Shown here piece by piece: positions 1 to 10,490 of a stretch of 64,000 nucleotides of DNA. Below the pieces are notes generated by a model. It was given only the letters and a program-made list of their open reading frames with translations, did not search any database and was not told the DNA's origin. The position numbers and the translations under genes are program-made. This DNA is from an uncultured delta proteobacterium (GTDB lineage Bacteria > Desulfobacterota > Zymogenia > Zymogenales > Zymogenaceae): positions 480,001 to 544,000 of the forward strand of contig CAVTLK010000001.1 of NCBI GenBank assembly GCA_963735595.1, given 5' to 3'. The number at the start of each line of letters is the position of its first letter. Position 1 is the first letter of the stretch.

Positions 1-612
1 AAGCGAGCGCGCCATAATCGCGGTATGGGAGGTCCGCCCGCCGATATCGGTAATGAACCCCTTGATCACCTTGCGGTCTATCTGGGCGGTATCGGCGGGA
101 GAGAGGTCGTGAGCCACTACGATCACGTCCTCGGTTATTCCGGTAATGCTCTCCTGATGCTTTCCGACAAGGTTCCTCATGATCCTCTCGACTACGTAGT
201 CGACGTCGCCCAGACGTTCCGAGAGGTAGTCGTCATCGAGCTCGCTGAAAAACCGGCTTATCTTTTCGTGCTGGACCTTAAGAGCCCATTCGGCGTTGAC
301 CTGTTCATCACGGATGATTCTCTCCGTATCATCGCTGATCATCCGGTCCTTGAGAATCAGGAGGTGCGCATCAATGATGTGTTTGAATTCATCGAAATGC
401 TCTCCGCCGATCTTCTGGGTGACCTCCGTCAGCTGTATCCGGGAGTCTTCGACGGCCCGTTTGAATCGCTCGATCTCCGCCGCAACACCGCCTTTCCCGA
501 TATGCCTCAGGGCATAGGTTACCTTTGCCCGATCGATGAGATATGCCTTACCGATGACAATACCCGAGGATACCCCGATTCCCGCAAGCCGTATCTCTTC
601 TTTTGGAGACAT
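1..612 (-). CDS. ptsI: PTS enzyme I (PEP-protein phosphotransferase), 5' part; runs off window start
   Basis: Manual translation from ATG 612: MSPKEEIRLAGIGVSSGIVIGKA...AHDLSPADT...GGRTSHTAIMARSL (phospho-His motif). Follows ptsH. The + strand ORF 25..699 is its antisense shadow. Confidence 0.95.
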   Translation of the reverse strand, partial: MSPKEEIRLAGIGVSSGIVIGKAYLIDRAKVTYALRHIGKGGVAAEIERFKRAVEDSRIQLTEVTQKIGGEHFDEFKHIIDAHLLILKDRMISDDTERIIRDEQVNAEWALKVQHEKISRFFSELDDDYLSERLGDVDYVVERIMRNLVGKHQESITGITEDVIVVAHDLSPADTAQIDRKVIKGFITDIGGRTSHTAIMARSL

Positions 613-928
613 TTACTCCTCTCCAAATTTACTGCCGATCAGCCTACCCAATTCGGTCACCGCCTTCTTGGCATCCGGTACCGTTCGCCGTCACCCTGAT
701 AGCGCTTCCCTGGATTGCACCAAGCATGAGAATACCCATGATGCTCTTTCCGTTGACCTCTACCCCGTCTTTAATGACCGTAATCTGTGACTGAAAGGAA
801 CTAGCCGCCTTGATGAAAAGGACAGCCGCCCGGGCGTGCAGTCCGAGCTTGTTAATGATCTGAAATTCCTCCGAATAGCTACCGAGAGGATTACCGTTTT
901 GTTTCGAGTGTAATTCGTGTGTGTCCAT
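613..928 (-). CDS. ptsH: Phosphocarrier protein HPr (1-bp indel near 3' end)
   Basis: NKLGLHARAA (His15) and NGKSIMGILML (Ser46). The alternative frame ends KFGEE-TAA at 613, directly before the ptsI ATG. Confidence 0.93.
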
Positions 929-949
929 AACTACTCAAATTTCATATTA

Positions 950-1687
950 CTACAACAACCAACATATCAGGATGACGATAAGGGAAAATCCATAGATCTG
1001 TGTAAGTATGCCCACTCCTCTCCGTGACAGGAGTGCGACGATACATATGAGCATGATGGGCGCGGCCCTCAGCCATCCGGACGGGTCCGTAGCCACCGGC
1101 AGCGGTAAGAGAACCGCAAGGCCCGCCGCCAGAAGGCCCAGTAGGATCACCATAGTCTTTCGTAAACGGATAGAGAGATTGGGGATTTCCAAGCGCTTGA
1201 TGTATCTCATCAGATCCATCCTCCCCCGGATACCGTGCAGGAACCCCATGCCTCGAACCCAGAGGTGAACCGCGTTATAGAGCGCCAGAAAGATAACCGG
1301 CGCAAGGATACTTCCCCATATAAGCGTAATGATCGCCGTAATCGCAAAAAGCGGCTTAAACGTCGACCAGAAAAGCGCATCCCCGACTGCCGCGAACGGA
1401 TTGGAGAGCGTCTCCTTAATTTCCCTGATCTCCCGTTTGGCCGCCTGCCCCCCGTTTAGTTGGGCAGACGCCGTTGCGCCAATAATGGCCGACGATAGAT
1501 AGGGATGGCTGTTAAAATACGCGAGGCTATCGGTCAACAGCCCGGCCCGTTCCTCCTTGGTGCGGCTTACCGCTTTGATGACGGGCGCCATCCCAAAGGC
1601 AAATCCGACATTTTGCATGCCCCTGTAATTCCAGCAACTCTGGATAAGAAAGCTCCTCATGAAGACCCTGGCAAACAATGCTGTCAC
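950..1687 (-). CDS. PTS mannose/fructose/sorbose family IID component
   Basis: RSFLIQSCWNYRGMQNVG, FNSHPY, AAVGDALFW motifs. GTG start overlaps the IIC stop. Confidence 0.92.
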   Translation of the reverse strand: MTALFARVFMRSFLIQSCWNYRGMQNVGFAFGMAPVIKAVSRTKEERAGLLTDSLAYFNSHPYLSSAIIGATASAQLNGGQAAKREIREIKETLSNPFAAVGDALFWSTFKPLFAITAIITLIWGSILAPVIFLALYNAVHLWVRGMGFLHGIRGRMDLMRYIKRLEIPNLSIRLRKTMVILLGLLAAGLAVLLPLPVATDPSGWLRAAPIMLICIVALLSRRGVGILTQIYGFSLIVILICWLL

Positions 1688-2397
1688 CCGATCTCTCCTA
1701 CCAGAGAAGTCATCAAAACAAACGTCACGAGATAGCTGATGCCGAACGTCAGAAAGCCTTTTTGCCTCCCGAGTACCGCGCCACACCCAAGGAACGGCAG
1801 CGACCAGAAAATCCAGGTAGCGGCCACCATGACGGCCCGGGGCAGATGCGGATACACGAGGTACGTTACAGCCAGGACAGCGAGGATACCAACGCCTGTC
1901 AGAAGCGTAAAGATAAGGAAGAAAGACGCAAGACCGGCGATATTCTGCCTCTGTACTCCTCGCACATCTCCGTTCTGTGCGGCCGTCTTCGCCCGATTCA
2001 GAAAAACACCGTTTATCTTCCTGGCTCCCACATCGATCAGCCTTCCCGCTTCCGAGAGCGGTAATGCGGCGAGAAGTGCCAAACACAAGAGCGACGTATC
2101 AGTCGATCCGAGCATCCTTCCGGCCAGTATTCCGGCGGCCGGCGCCGCAACGGCCACGATCGTGTCGTCCGGCGGCAGCGCCGTTCCGAACGGCTGAGTA
2201 CCGAGCCATAAAAGCTCGAGCACCATCCCGATCACAAGGCCGGTCCGTACGTCTCCCAGTATCAGGCCCGTTACGGCCGACGAGACCAACGGTCGTGAAA
2301 CGAGGAACTGGAAAGCGGCGGTTCTATCCAGGTGCAGCAATCCCCCGACGATTGAGGTGACGATCACCGTCCAGAAAAGGCTTCCCCCATCCATCAA
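1684..2397 (-). CDS. PTS mannose/fructose/sorbose family IIC component
   Basis: LDRTAAFQFLVSRPLV, GMVLELLWLG...ALPPD; hydrophobic. Confidence 0.92.
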   Translation of the reverse strand: MMDGGSLFWTVIVTSIVGGLLHLDRTAAFQFLVSRPLVSSAVTGLILGDVRTGLVIGMVLELLWLGTQPFGTALPPDDTIVAVAAPAAGILAGRMLGSTDTSLLCLALLAALPLSEAGRLIDVGARKINGVFLNRAKTAAQNGDVRGVQRQNIAGLASFFLIFTLLTGVGILAVLAVTYLVYPHLPRAVMVAATWIFWSLPFLGCGAVLGRQKGFLTFGISYLVTFVLMTSLVGEIG

Positions 2398-2891
2398 CTA
2401 CTCCGCACCTTCTTGAAAATACTCTTCAACTCCAATTTTCGCTCCCCGGGCACCGAGCGGGTATCGATCGATACGCCCTCCTTTGAAAGCCTCTCTATCT
2501 CCGCAGTATCGTTGAGGCCTACACACAGGTTCGCGCTTACCTGGACCTTCCCCTCGCAGAAGTGCATATTGCCCAGGTTGAGGCAATCGTATTGAAACCC
2601 GGAATCGAAGGCGGACTTTGCGTCCCGCACCGAAGAAAACAAAACGATGAGCTTCTTCTTCGTAAAGCCTCCGTTCTTATAGTTCCGAGCGGCGTCCTGT
2701 ACTGAACTGAAGTCTATCTCAATGCTGCTTGGGACGGCCATCTCCATTACCGATCGCTTGAGGAGGTTCTTTTCAACCTCATCGTCAACGACCAGCAGCG
2801 CCTCGGCTTTGGTATAGGGTATCCATGCCTCGAGTATCTGACCATGTACGAGGCGGCTGTCAACCCGGACAAGGACAATACCCATGATCAC
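2394..2891 (-). CDS. PTS mannose family IIB component
   Basis: RVDSRLVHGQ phospho-His motif, LNLGNMH. Confidence 0.93.
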   Translation of the reverse strand: MIMGIVLVRVDSRLVHGQILEAWIPYTKAEALLVVDDEVEKNLLKRSVMEMAVPSSIEIDFSSVQDAARNYKNGGFTKKKLIVLFSSVRDAKSAFDSGFQYDCLNLGNMHFCEGKVQVSANLCVGLNDTAEIERLSKEGVSIDTRSVPGERKLELKSIFKKVRSS

Positions 2892-3310
2892 CCCTTTTTG
2901 CTGAGAAACTCGGTGGCGACGTTAATGTTATTCCTTCCGTACTCTTTTGCCTTGATCGCCAGGTCATTGAGGGGCTGTTCCGCACGTTGCGCGGTTACCT
3001 TAATGAGCATCGGAAGGTTTACTCCAGATACTACCTCCACCTGCGGACTCAGGAAGGTCAGCGCAAGGTTCGACGGGGTACCGCCGAACATGTCGGTAAG
3101 AATGATGACGCCGTCGCCGCTGTTGACCTCCTTGATAGCGGTCTGGATCTCCTTTCGAAGCACCTCCACGTCCTTTTTCGGGTCCAGCGAGAGCGCCCGT
3201 GACGCCGGCACTTTTCCGACGATAAGCTCGGCGGTTCTCAGGAGCTCACACGCGAGATTCAAATGAGATACGATGACTATCCCCACCATCTGTCGGTCAC
3301 CTTTCATCAT
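2888..3310 (-). CDS. PTS mannose family IIA component
   Basis: GIVIVSH, LTDMFGGTPSN, GVNLPML. Start may be ATG 3289. Confidence 0.93.
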   Translation of the reverse strand: MMKGDRQMVGIVIVSHLNLACELLRTAELIVGKVPASRALSLDPKKDVEVLRKEIQTAIKEVNSGDGVIILTDMFGGTPSNLALTFLSPQVEVVSGVNLPMLIKVTAQRAEQPLNDLAIKAKEYGRNNINVATEFLSKKG

Positions 3311-4177
3311 GTTTTCGTAATATCCCGGTGGCTAATTCTGATATTATATCCATCGTCCCGGCCGATGATTTCGGCCAATTGCTCGGCTATCACTACCGAA
3401 CGATGTACTCCACCAGTGCATCCCACCGCCACTATCAGATACGACTTGCCCTCCTTGACATAGTTGGGCAGGAGAAAATTCATCAGTTTCACGAATTGCC
3501 GGAGAAACTCTTTGGTCTCTGCCTTTTCGAGAACGTACTCCCTGACCTTCGGATCCAGACCAGAAAGCAGCTTCAACTCCTCGACAAAATAGGGATTCGG
3601 CAGAAACCTGACGTCCATGACAATATCGGCGTCCGACGGCGCACCGTACCGATACCCGAAAGAAACAATCGTCAGGTTGAGCCTTTTCTCGGGCAACGAT
3701 TCCCGGAAGTAATCAAAAATGACTGCCCGCAGCTGGTGAGGGTTGAGGGCGGACGTGTCGATGACCCGATGGGCCATTCTTTTCACGTCCCTGAGTAGTC
3801 CCCTCTCCTCCTCTATCCCTTTATCGAGATCTTCACCCCCGATGGGGTGAAGCCTGCGGGTCTCTTTATATCTCCGGACAAGCACCTGATCGGCGGCATC
3901 CAGAAAGACAATACGGTAGTCTTCTCCGCGTCGCTTGAGCTTCTTTAACACGGAGGGAAGCTCGGAGAAGAACATCTTCTCCCGCATATCCATTACGACC
4001 GCAACTTTGTTGATATCCCATCGTGACTGCGATGTAAGCTCCAGCACTTTCGGAAGGAGTATAACCGGGAGGTTATCGATACAGAAAAAACCGATATCCT
4101 CAAGGGCTTTGATAGCCGTGCTCTTTCCGGAACCTGATAGCCCGGTAATAATGACAAGTCTGATAGTCTCTCCTCAC
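3307..4177 (-). CDS. rapZ: RNase adapter RapZ (YhbJ/YvcJ P-loop protein)
   Basis: The frame extends upstream of the ORF call through IITGLSGSGKST and FFCIDNLP; also DVRFLPNPYF and GCTGGVHRSV. Likely GTG start at 4177 needs a 1-bp correction. Confidence 0.93.
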
Positions 4178-4674
4178 TAACGGGGGGGGACGATGAGACG
4201 CGCTATTATGAGGCTGGCCGCCGATCCCCCCATGATGAAATCACTTATAACGCAGATCAGGCCGCGGGTATCGATATCGTCTCCGACTCGGATTTCCGGT
4301 ATCTTTCGGCCCAGCAGATTGACAACGCCGACCTGGGGGGCATGAGCCCTTCGCGTCTTGTCCCGACTCCTCACCAGCCTGACCACGAGGTCAATAGCGG
4401 CCTCCTCTATTACAAAGGGGCGCCCTAACGCCGCCGCCACGTCGATAATCCCTGCGCCTCTTATCTCGATAAGCCCTCTGAGGCGATCGGGCGCTCGCCC
4501 CTTCAGGCCGTCCGGCCCGTCGCAAAGCTCCACCACGTCGTCGGCGACGAGTCGTGCGCCCTCATATAAAAGAGAAAGGGCGAGGCGGCTCTTGCCCGAT
4601 CCGCTCTCCCCCATCAGTATTATTCCCCTGGACATCACTTTCACCAGGGTGGCATGAACCGTGTTTTGTTTCAC
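4177..4674 (-). CDS. hprK: HPr kinase/phosphorylase, short form (kinase domain only)
   Basis: VHAT, GESGSGKS, LVADD, GLIEIRGAGII; only 165 aa. Confidence 0.85.
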   Translation of the reverse strand: MKQNTVHATLVKVMSRGIILMGESGSGKSRLALSLLYEGARLVADDVVELCDGPDGLKGRAPDRLRGLIEIRGAGIIDVAAALGRPFVIEEAAIDLVVRLVRSRDKTRRAHAPQVGVVNLLGRKIPEIRVGDDIDTRGLICVISDFIMGGSAASLIIARLIVPPR

Positions 4675-4707
4675 AAAATAATCGGAAATAATACCTGTTG
4701 GATGGCC

Positions 4708-5166
4708 TTAGAACTTCTCATCCTCCTCCTGCAGCGCCCTGTAGACTTCCTGGGTGGTTTTGGAATCCAGGAGTCGTTCCCTGAATTTGGTGTCTTTGAG
4801 GAGACGAGAGATCCTGGCCAGCGCCTTGAGGTGCATCCCCGCCGTATTTTCCGGCGCCATCAATAGGAAAAAGAGGCGCGCGGGCTTTCCGTCGATAGAA
4901 TCGAAGTTAATCCCCTTTGCCGATCTCCCGAACGAAGCCACCAGCTTCTTCAGTCCCTTCAGCTTACCATGGGGGATCGCAATCCCCTCACCGATACCGG
5001 TGCTCCCGAGTTTTTCACGCTCCTCAAGCACCGGTATGAGTACACTGATATCCAATCCCTCTTTTTTCGCAACCATACCGGCCAGTTCTCCAAGAACTTC
5101 CTGCTTGTTTCGGGCCTTCAGGTCGGCGTTGATAAGATCGATATCGATAATATCCATGATCTTCAT
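4708..5166 (-). CDS. ptsN: PTS IIA-Ntr (nitrogen regulatory EIIA)
   Basis: EREKLGSTGIGEGIAIPHGK, HLKALARISR; located in the rpoN operon. Confidence 0.93.
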   Translation of the reverse strand: MKIMDIIDIDLINADLKARNKQEVLGELAGMVAKKEGLDISVLIPVLEEREKLGSTGIGEGIAIPHGKLKGLKKLVASFGRSAKGINFDSIDGKPARLFFLLMAPENTAGMHLKALARISRLLKDTKFRERLLDSKTTQEVYRALQEEDEKF

Positions 5167-5187
5167 GGATCACCCCGCCCTGTTATG

Positions 5188-5742
5188 TCAAATGCCCGTA
5201 TTCTTAGGAACTATATGGCCGAAATTGTTGTCTTTCCTTCGATAGATCACGTTCATCTCCCCGGAATCAGCATTGATAAAAACCAGAAATTCGGATTTCG
5301 ACATATCAAGCTGCATTGCCGCCTCTTCAAGAGTCATTGGCTTGGAATCCAGGGTTTTGGTGATGATCGCCGGTTCTTCACCTTCCTGACCGTAGCTCTC
5401 CATGCGCAGGGGCGCGGGCTCTGTGATTTCCATGGGGACCCTGACATTATCCGCTTTATGGCTTACCAGGCGTTCCTTATGTTTCTTGATCTGTTTTTCT
5501 ATTTTCTCCATGACCATGTCAATGGCCGAGTACATATTCTCGGTGGCCTCCCTCCCCTTGATAGTCATTTTTTCTGCATTAATGACAACTTCGGCGATTT
5601 GGCGGTGTTTCTCAACCGACAGGACAACCGATGCATCGACGGGGCTGTAGACGTATTTTTGAAGTCTCCCTATTTTATCCTCGGCGTACTTCTTGAGGGC
5701 GTCGGAATTATCCATATGCCTGAACGTAACGGATACGCGCAT
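5188..5742 (-). CDS. hpf: Ribosome hibernation promoting factor, long form
   Basis: N-terminal S30AE domain (MYSAID...KQIKKHKE) and C-terminal KPMTLEEAAMQL...VIYRRKD. Confidence 0.93.
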   Translation of the reverse strand: MRVSVTFRHMDNSDALKKYAEDKIGRLQKYVYSPVDASVVLSVEKHRQIAEVVINAEKMTIKGREATENMYSAIDMVMEKIEKQIKKHKERLVSHKADNVRVPMEITEPAPLRMESYGQEGEEPAIITKTLDSKPMTLEEAAMQLDMSKSEFLVFINADSGEMNVIYRRKDNNFGHIVPKNTGI

Positions 5743-5763
5743 GCAAACACCTCCTATTTGTTG

Positions 5764-7140
5764 TTATATCCGCTTGCGTGAGCTTGACGAAAGGATACCG
5801 AGCATTTCTCGATACTTTGCAACGGTCCTCCGCGCCACCGTTATACCCTCCCGCCTGAGGGCCTGCGTTATCTTTTGATCGCTGACCGGCTTTTTCTCGT
5901 CCTCCTGAGCGATGATCTCCCTGATTCTCTCCTTAACACTCACCACCGATCTCTCTTCCCCGTTGAGAGCACAGATTTTCCCCGTGAAGAAATACTTGAG
6001 CTCAAAGACACCCCGGGGCGTGTGCATGTATTTACCGTTTGTAACCCTGCTCACGGTTGATTCATGCACCCCAACGTCTTCCGCGACATCCCTCAAAATC
6101 ATCGGTCTCATAGAACCGACTCCCTTGTCAATAAAACCCGTTTGGTGTTCCACAATGCTGCGCGCCACCCGATAGAGCGTCCGCTGACGCTGGTGAATGC
6201 TCTTGATGAGCCACGTGGCCGACCGTATTCGGTCTTTAATGTAGTCCTTCGTCGTTACGGGCACGTTACGCGCCCCGGTCAGTATGCTCCGATAGAACGG
6301 ACTGATCTTCAACCTCGGCAGACCGTTATCGTTGAGTGTGATAACATACTCGGTTCCGACCTTGTATACATAGACATCCGGAATGATATACTGCGGCTCG
6401 TAGTCAACGTATAATCGCCCGGGCCTTGGATCAAGGCTCGTGATAATCTCAACGGCCTTACCGACCTCTACAACCGATACCCCGAGCTTCTTGGCGATTC
6501 CGGAGTAATTCCTTTTCTCAAGCTCGCGCAGGTGATGCTCGATTATCGCGGATACCGTCGGGGTATCCAGACCGTAGTGCCGGGCCTGCACAAGAAGGCA
6601 CTCCGCGAGATTTCTTGAGGCTACTCCTACTGGATCAAAAACCTGCACCTTCCGAAGCACCGCTTCTACCGACGCCGTATTGCATCCCATCTTTTCGGCT
6701 ATCTCGTCGACAGACTGCGTTAGATAACCGTCGTCGTTGAGGTTGCCCGCTATGACCGCCCCGATTTCCGCGTCGGCCCCACACATGTTACCCATCTGAA
6801 GCTGCCAGACGAGATGATCCATCAGGGAGGTCTTCTCAAGACATGCGTTCTCGATGAAGTGCTGTTTCTCGTCAGAATCGCTAAAACCGGTGCCGCCATC
6901 TCCCCTATCGTACTCCGAATAGGAATCATTTTCGATGATTCGGTCCAGAACGGCATCGGCCGACTCCGATTCGCCTTCATCCCCCGCCTCTTCGAGCACC
7001 GGATTTTCTATCAATTCCTGGTTAATATGCTCTACGAGCTCCAGACGTGTCAATTGCAGCAGCTTGATAGCCTGCTGCAACTGGGGCGTCAAAACCAGTT
7101 TCTGAGTTAGCTTAAGCTCCTGCTTGAGTTCCTGGACCAT
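5764..7140 (-). CDS. rpoN: RNA polymerase sigma-54 factor
   Basis: LTPQLQQAIKLLQL, HESTVSRV, RpoN box ARRTVAKYRE. Confidence 0.97.
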   Translation of the reverse strand: MVQELKQELKLTQKLVLTPQLQQAIKLLQLTRLELVEHINQELIENPVLEEAGDEGESESADAVLDRIIENDSYSEYDRGDGGTGFSDSDEKQHFIENACLEKTSLMDHLVWQLQMGNMCGADAEIGAVIAGNLNDDGYLTQSVDEIAEKMGCNTASVEAVLRKVQVFDPVGVASRNLAECLLVQARHYGLDTPTVSAIIEHHLRELEKRNYSGIAKKLGVSVVEVGKAVEIITSLDPRPGRLYVDYEPQYIIPDVYVYKVGTEYVITLNDNGLPRLKISPFYRSILTGARNVPVTTKDYIKDRIRSATWLIKSIHQRQRTLYRVARSIVEHQTGFIDKGVGSMRPMILRDVAEDVGVHESTVSRVTNGKYMHTPRGVFELKYFFTGKICALNGEERSVVSVKERIREIIAQEDEKKPVSDQKITQALRREGITVARRTVAKYREMLGILSSSSRKRI

Positions 7141-7384
7141 GGTGCGCCGTTATTCATAATGTCTTTCGGACTGAAGCAACTTCCCCGCAGTATCGGCCTT
7201 CTGCCTCCTTACCCGGTTCTTCCACACCGGCGACATCTGTTCAACCCGGCCGACTGCCGCGCGATATACCGATCCGATCTTCCTGCTGCCCATTTCATCT
7301 GCGATAGCCGTGCATCCGGCTATTTCTTTCGAAATATGAATAGGTAAGGATACACTACAATTTAAGCACTTTGGACAACCCGTG

Positions 7385-8128
7385 TCAATAGCTATTTGGC
7401 CGCATCGACCTCATGATCCCGCTGACCTCATCGGTATAGAATCCCTGACCCTCCCATATAAACAAGGGAGCAAGCACCGTAAGTTGCGTGCCCGCGTGCC
7501 GCCGGGCTTCGATCATGACCATCTGGGCGTCTTCGGTCCGCCGTGCGTGGATAAAACGCGCCCGCTTGGGTTCAAAACCCCCGGCGCGTAACTGCATTAT
7601 GATATCGGCCGTCCGCCAGGCGGGATAAATCAGGAAGAGTTTCCCCCCCGGCTTAAGCACACTGCCGGCCGCCGTGACAATATCCGAAAGCCGGGCCGTC
7701 GTCTCGTGTCGGGCGACGGTGCGTTCGTCATCCTGATTCTTTCGTCCCGTCCCGGCCGGGCGATAGGGCGGGTTAGATACCGCCGCGTCAAACGAAATCT
7801 CCTTCGGAAGATCCCGGGCCTGCCGAAAGTCTCCCAGGACGCTTTTCAGACGGTCTTCGAGCCCGTTTTCCCGGATGTTTTCCCGGGCGAAACGAAAGAG
7901 ACGCTCCTGGATTTCTATACCCCACACGGTACAATCGGGATATCGCGCGCATAGCAACAAACCGATGATCCCGACCCCGGAACCCAGATCGATGACGCTT
8001 GCCCGCTTTTTCAGGACGACAAACGACGCAAGCAGGAAGGAATCAATGCTGTAGCGGTATCCCTTCCGGGGTTGGTGGATGACCAGAGGGGCCGGACTCA
8101 GTTCGCCCGATGTATCGAAGTCGGACAT
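7385..8128 (-). CDS. SAM-dependent methyltransferase, tRNA1(Val) m6A37 (TrmN6/YfiC) family
   Basis: QPRKGYRYSIDSFLL, DLGSGVG, NPPY, ARHE. Confidence 0.85.
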   Translation of the reverse strand: MSDFDTSGELSPAPLVIHQPRKGYRYSIDSFLLASFVVLKKRASVIDLGSGVGIIGLLLCARYPDCTVWGIEIQERLFRFARENIRENGLEDRLKSVLGDFRQARDLPKEISFDAAVSNPPYRPAGTGRKNQDDERTVARHETTARLSDIVTAAGSVLKPGGKLFLIYPAWRTADIIMQLRAGGFEPKRARFIHARRTEDAQMVMIEARRHAGTQLTVLAPLFIWEGQGFYTDEVSGIMRSMRPNSY

Positions 8129-8135
8129 CGTATTG

Positions 8136-9422
8136 TCAGGTAACCATCCGGTAAAACACGAGGCCAGAGGCGGTCTTGGGATAGAAGAAGGTGCTCTTCT
8201 GCGGCATACGTTCGCCGGCCAGCGAGGCCTCCTTTACCTCCTCTATCCCGGTCGCGTTTACGATGAATGCAGCGCCGTTGCCCGCCGCCGCACGATTAAG
8301 GGCTTCGCGTGCGTCCTGCGAGTAGCCGATTGTCGGGTTTTCTATAGAAAGCAGCCCTTGGATCAGCACGTGGTGGAGGACCGAAACATCCAGGCGCCTG
8401 ATCTGATCCCTTATGTCGGCGGGGAAGAAACGGGCGATCTTTTTATGATCGGCGTTACTGAGCAAAAAATAGCGGTCCTTACCGGGATAAAATCCGAAGC
8501 TCCCTTTCCCCTTGCCTTCAAGGCCTTCGATAAAGCGGAGCGTCCCTTCTTCGTTGCGCTCGAACGTATCGACCGTAAAAACCTCCGACATTTTTGCCAG
8601 GACCGACTCTTCATCAAGAGGTACCTGGATCTCCACGATCCGGTGACACGGAAGGATCGTGATCGCCTCCCCTTCCAAAAGCGTAAAATACATGAGCGCA
8701 TAACGATGGGCGTCGCCGGGCGCTCCCCGCTTATCGAGCTCGTCCCGGAAGGCCAACATCGTCTCGTAGCGGTGGTGCCCGTCAGCCACAAAGACCTTCT
8801 TATCCCGTACCGCCGCGGAAAGGGCCTGGTGCACCGTCTCGTCAGCGCACCGCGTCAGGATATGCTCGACCCCGGCGCGGTCCGTATATCTGGTCACCTC
8901 CGGGGAGCCGATAATCGCATCGATAACCGCGCCGGTTTCTCGCTTCGGATCGGAAAAAAGGGAAAATATAGTGCTCAGCTGATGCCCGGTGGCCCGCACG
9001 AGATTGAGGCGATCCACCTTGGGCCCCGAGTAAGTATATTCGTGGGGAAATACGTCACCCTCGCCCCATTTTTCGAGCACGTGCAGCGCCACAAACCCGT
9101 CCCTGCGCTTTGTGCGGCCCGAGGGGTCCCGGTATACCTGAGAGTAACCGTATATCGACGGAGAGTCGTCCTGAACCAGCACACCATCCCGCGCCCAGTT
9201 GGTCAGGAAATCCCGCGCGCGCGTATAGCGGTTATTCCCGTCGGTATCGTCCGGATACTGCTTGCCGAGGATTAGCCGTATGACGTTAAACGGATTCTGA
9301 TCGTAATAGGACTCCTGATCGTCCGGCGAAATGACGTCGTACGGGGGCGTCATCAGGTTTTCCGCATGCGCCAGCAGACGCTCGTTGTAACGAACGGAGC
9401 GAAAGGGTTTGATAACCGCCAC
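8136..9422 (-). CDS. DUF1015 family protein
   Basis: PPYDVIS, PHEYT, ADGHHRYET, MPQKSTFFYPK. Confidence 0.9.
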   Translation of the reverse strand: MAVIKPFRSVRYNERLLAHAENLMTPPYDVISPDDQESYYDQNPFNVIRLILGKQYPDDTDGNNRYTRARDFLTNWARDGVLVQDDSPSIYGYSQVYRDPSGRTKRRDGFVALHVLEKWGEGDVFPHEYTYSGPKVDRLNLVRATGHQLSTIFSLFSDPKRETGAVIDAIIGSPEVTRYTDRAGVEHILTRCADETVHQALSAAVRDKKVFVADGHHRYETMLAFRDELDKRGAPGDAHRYALMYFTLLEGEAITILPCHRIVEIQVPLDEESVLAKMSEVFTVDTFERNEEGTLRFIEGLEGKGKGSFGFYPGKDRYFLLSNADHKKIARFFPADIRDQIRRLDVSVLHHVLIQGLLSIENPTIGYSQDAREALNRAAAGNGAAFIVNATGIEEVKEASLAGERMPQKSTFFYPKTASGLVFYRMVT

Positions 9423-9514
9423 GAAGTCTACCCCGTAATAGAAAATTAAACGCTATAAAAAATACCTGTAATTGTCAAGTGAAAACGCGGAGCGTCATTA
9501 CTTCCGCCGTATCG

Positions 9515-10477
9515 TCATGCGCCCGCGAGGTCTCTCGCCGCCGGGTATCCGGCCGCTGCCGTCGCGCTTCGCACCGCGTCCAACACCGCTTCCTCCACGG
9601 CCTGCGCGGCCAGCGCCCCGCATACGTTTACGTCAACGCTCCCGCCAGTCCCCGCCGAGACGGCAAACAGGGTATCACCGTCCAGCATTGTGTGGGAAGG
9701 GATAACGGCACGGGCTATCCCGTCATGCGCCATACGGGCTATCCGTCCCATGTCCACCTTCGTGTAGCTTCCCGACACCGCCACCACCCCCACGACCGTG
9801 GCCGATCCCGGCGGCATAAACGGATAGGTTATCTCACGGATGACCTTTCTCGGCCCGGCAAACGATTTCCGATCCCTATCCAGCGTCCCGGCGACGACAC
9901 GGCCCGTTTCCGGGTCAACCACGTCGCCCAGGGCGTTGACGGCGACTATCGCGCCGACCACGATACCTCCGGCGCCGGAGACCACCGCCGAACCGAGCCC
10001 CGATTTCACCGCGTATTCCATCCCGTATAGCTTACCCACCGTCGCCCCCGTTCCCACGCCGACGCACCCGCGATTGGTGTTTTTACCCGCCGATGCACAC
10101 GCCCGGTACCCGTCCTCATGGCCGGGCGTTACGACCCCCTTACTGAGCGGTAGGTCAAAAATGACCGCCGCCGGCACGATCGGCACGTTTATATACCCGG
10201 TCGGTACTCCCCTGCCCTGCTCCTTGAGCCATTTCATGGCGCCGGTTGCCGCGTCCAGGCCGAACGCGCTGCCGCCCGAAAGCACGACGGCGTCGGCCGT
10301 TTCGACGAGGTTAAGCGGATGAAAGACGTCCGTCTCACGGGTCCCCGGCGCCCCGCCGCGCACATCCACGCCGCAGGGCATCGCCTGGGAAAAGACGACG
10401 GCCGTTACGCCCGTGTGATGCTCCGCGTCGGTAACGTGGCCGACTGAGATCCCCGGTATATCAACGATATGGCCCAT
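9515..10477 (-). CDS. P1/S58 family peptidase (DmpA/NylC-like)
   Basis: GVDVRGGAPGTRET, LSGGSAFGL, VPIVPAAVIFDL, HTMLDGDTLF. Confidence 0.9.
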   Translation of the reverse strand: MGHIVDIPGISVGHVTDAEHHTGVTAVVFSQAMPCGVDVRGGAPGTRETDVFHPLNLVETADAVVLSGGSAFGLDAATGAMKWLKEQGRGVPTGYINVPIVPAAVIFDLPLSKGVVTPGHEDGYRACASAGKNTNRGCVGVGTGATVGKLYGMEYAVKSGLGSAVVSGAGGIVVGAIVAVNALGDVVDPETGRVVAGTLDRDRKSFAGPRKVIREITYPFMPPGSATVVGVVAVSGSYTKVDMGRIARMAHDGIARAVIPSHTMLDGDTLFAVSAGTGGSVDVNVCGALAAQAVEEAVLDAVRSATAAAGYPAARDLAGA

Positions 10478-10490
10478 CGGCGTTCCCCCG

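Noticed and set aside
25..699. 224-aa + strand ORF, and many other long antisense ORFs (e.g. 8079..9275, 16644..17876, 30953..32290)
   Set aside because: Shadows of well-recognised genes on the opposite strand; no motifs of their own.
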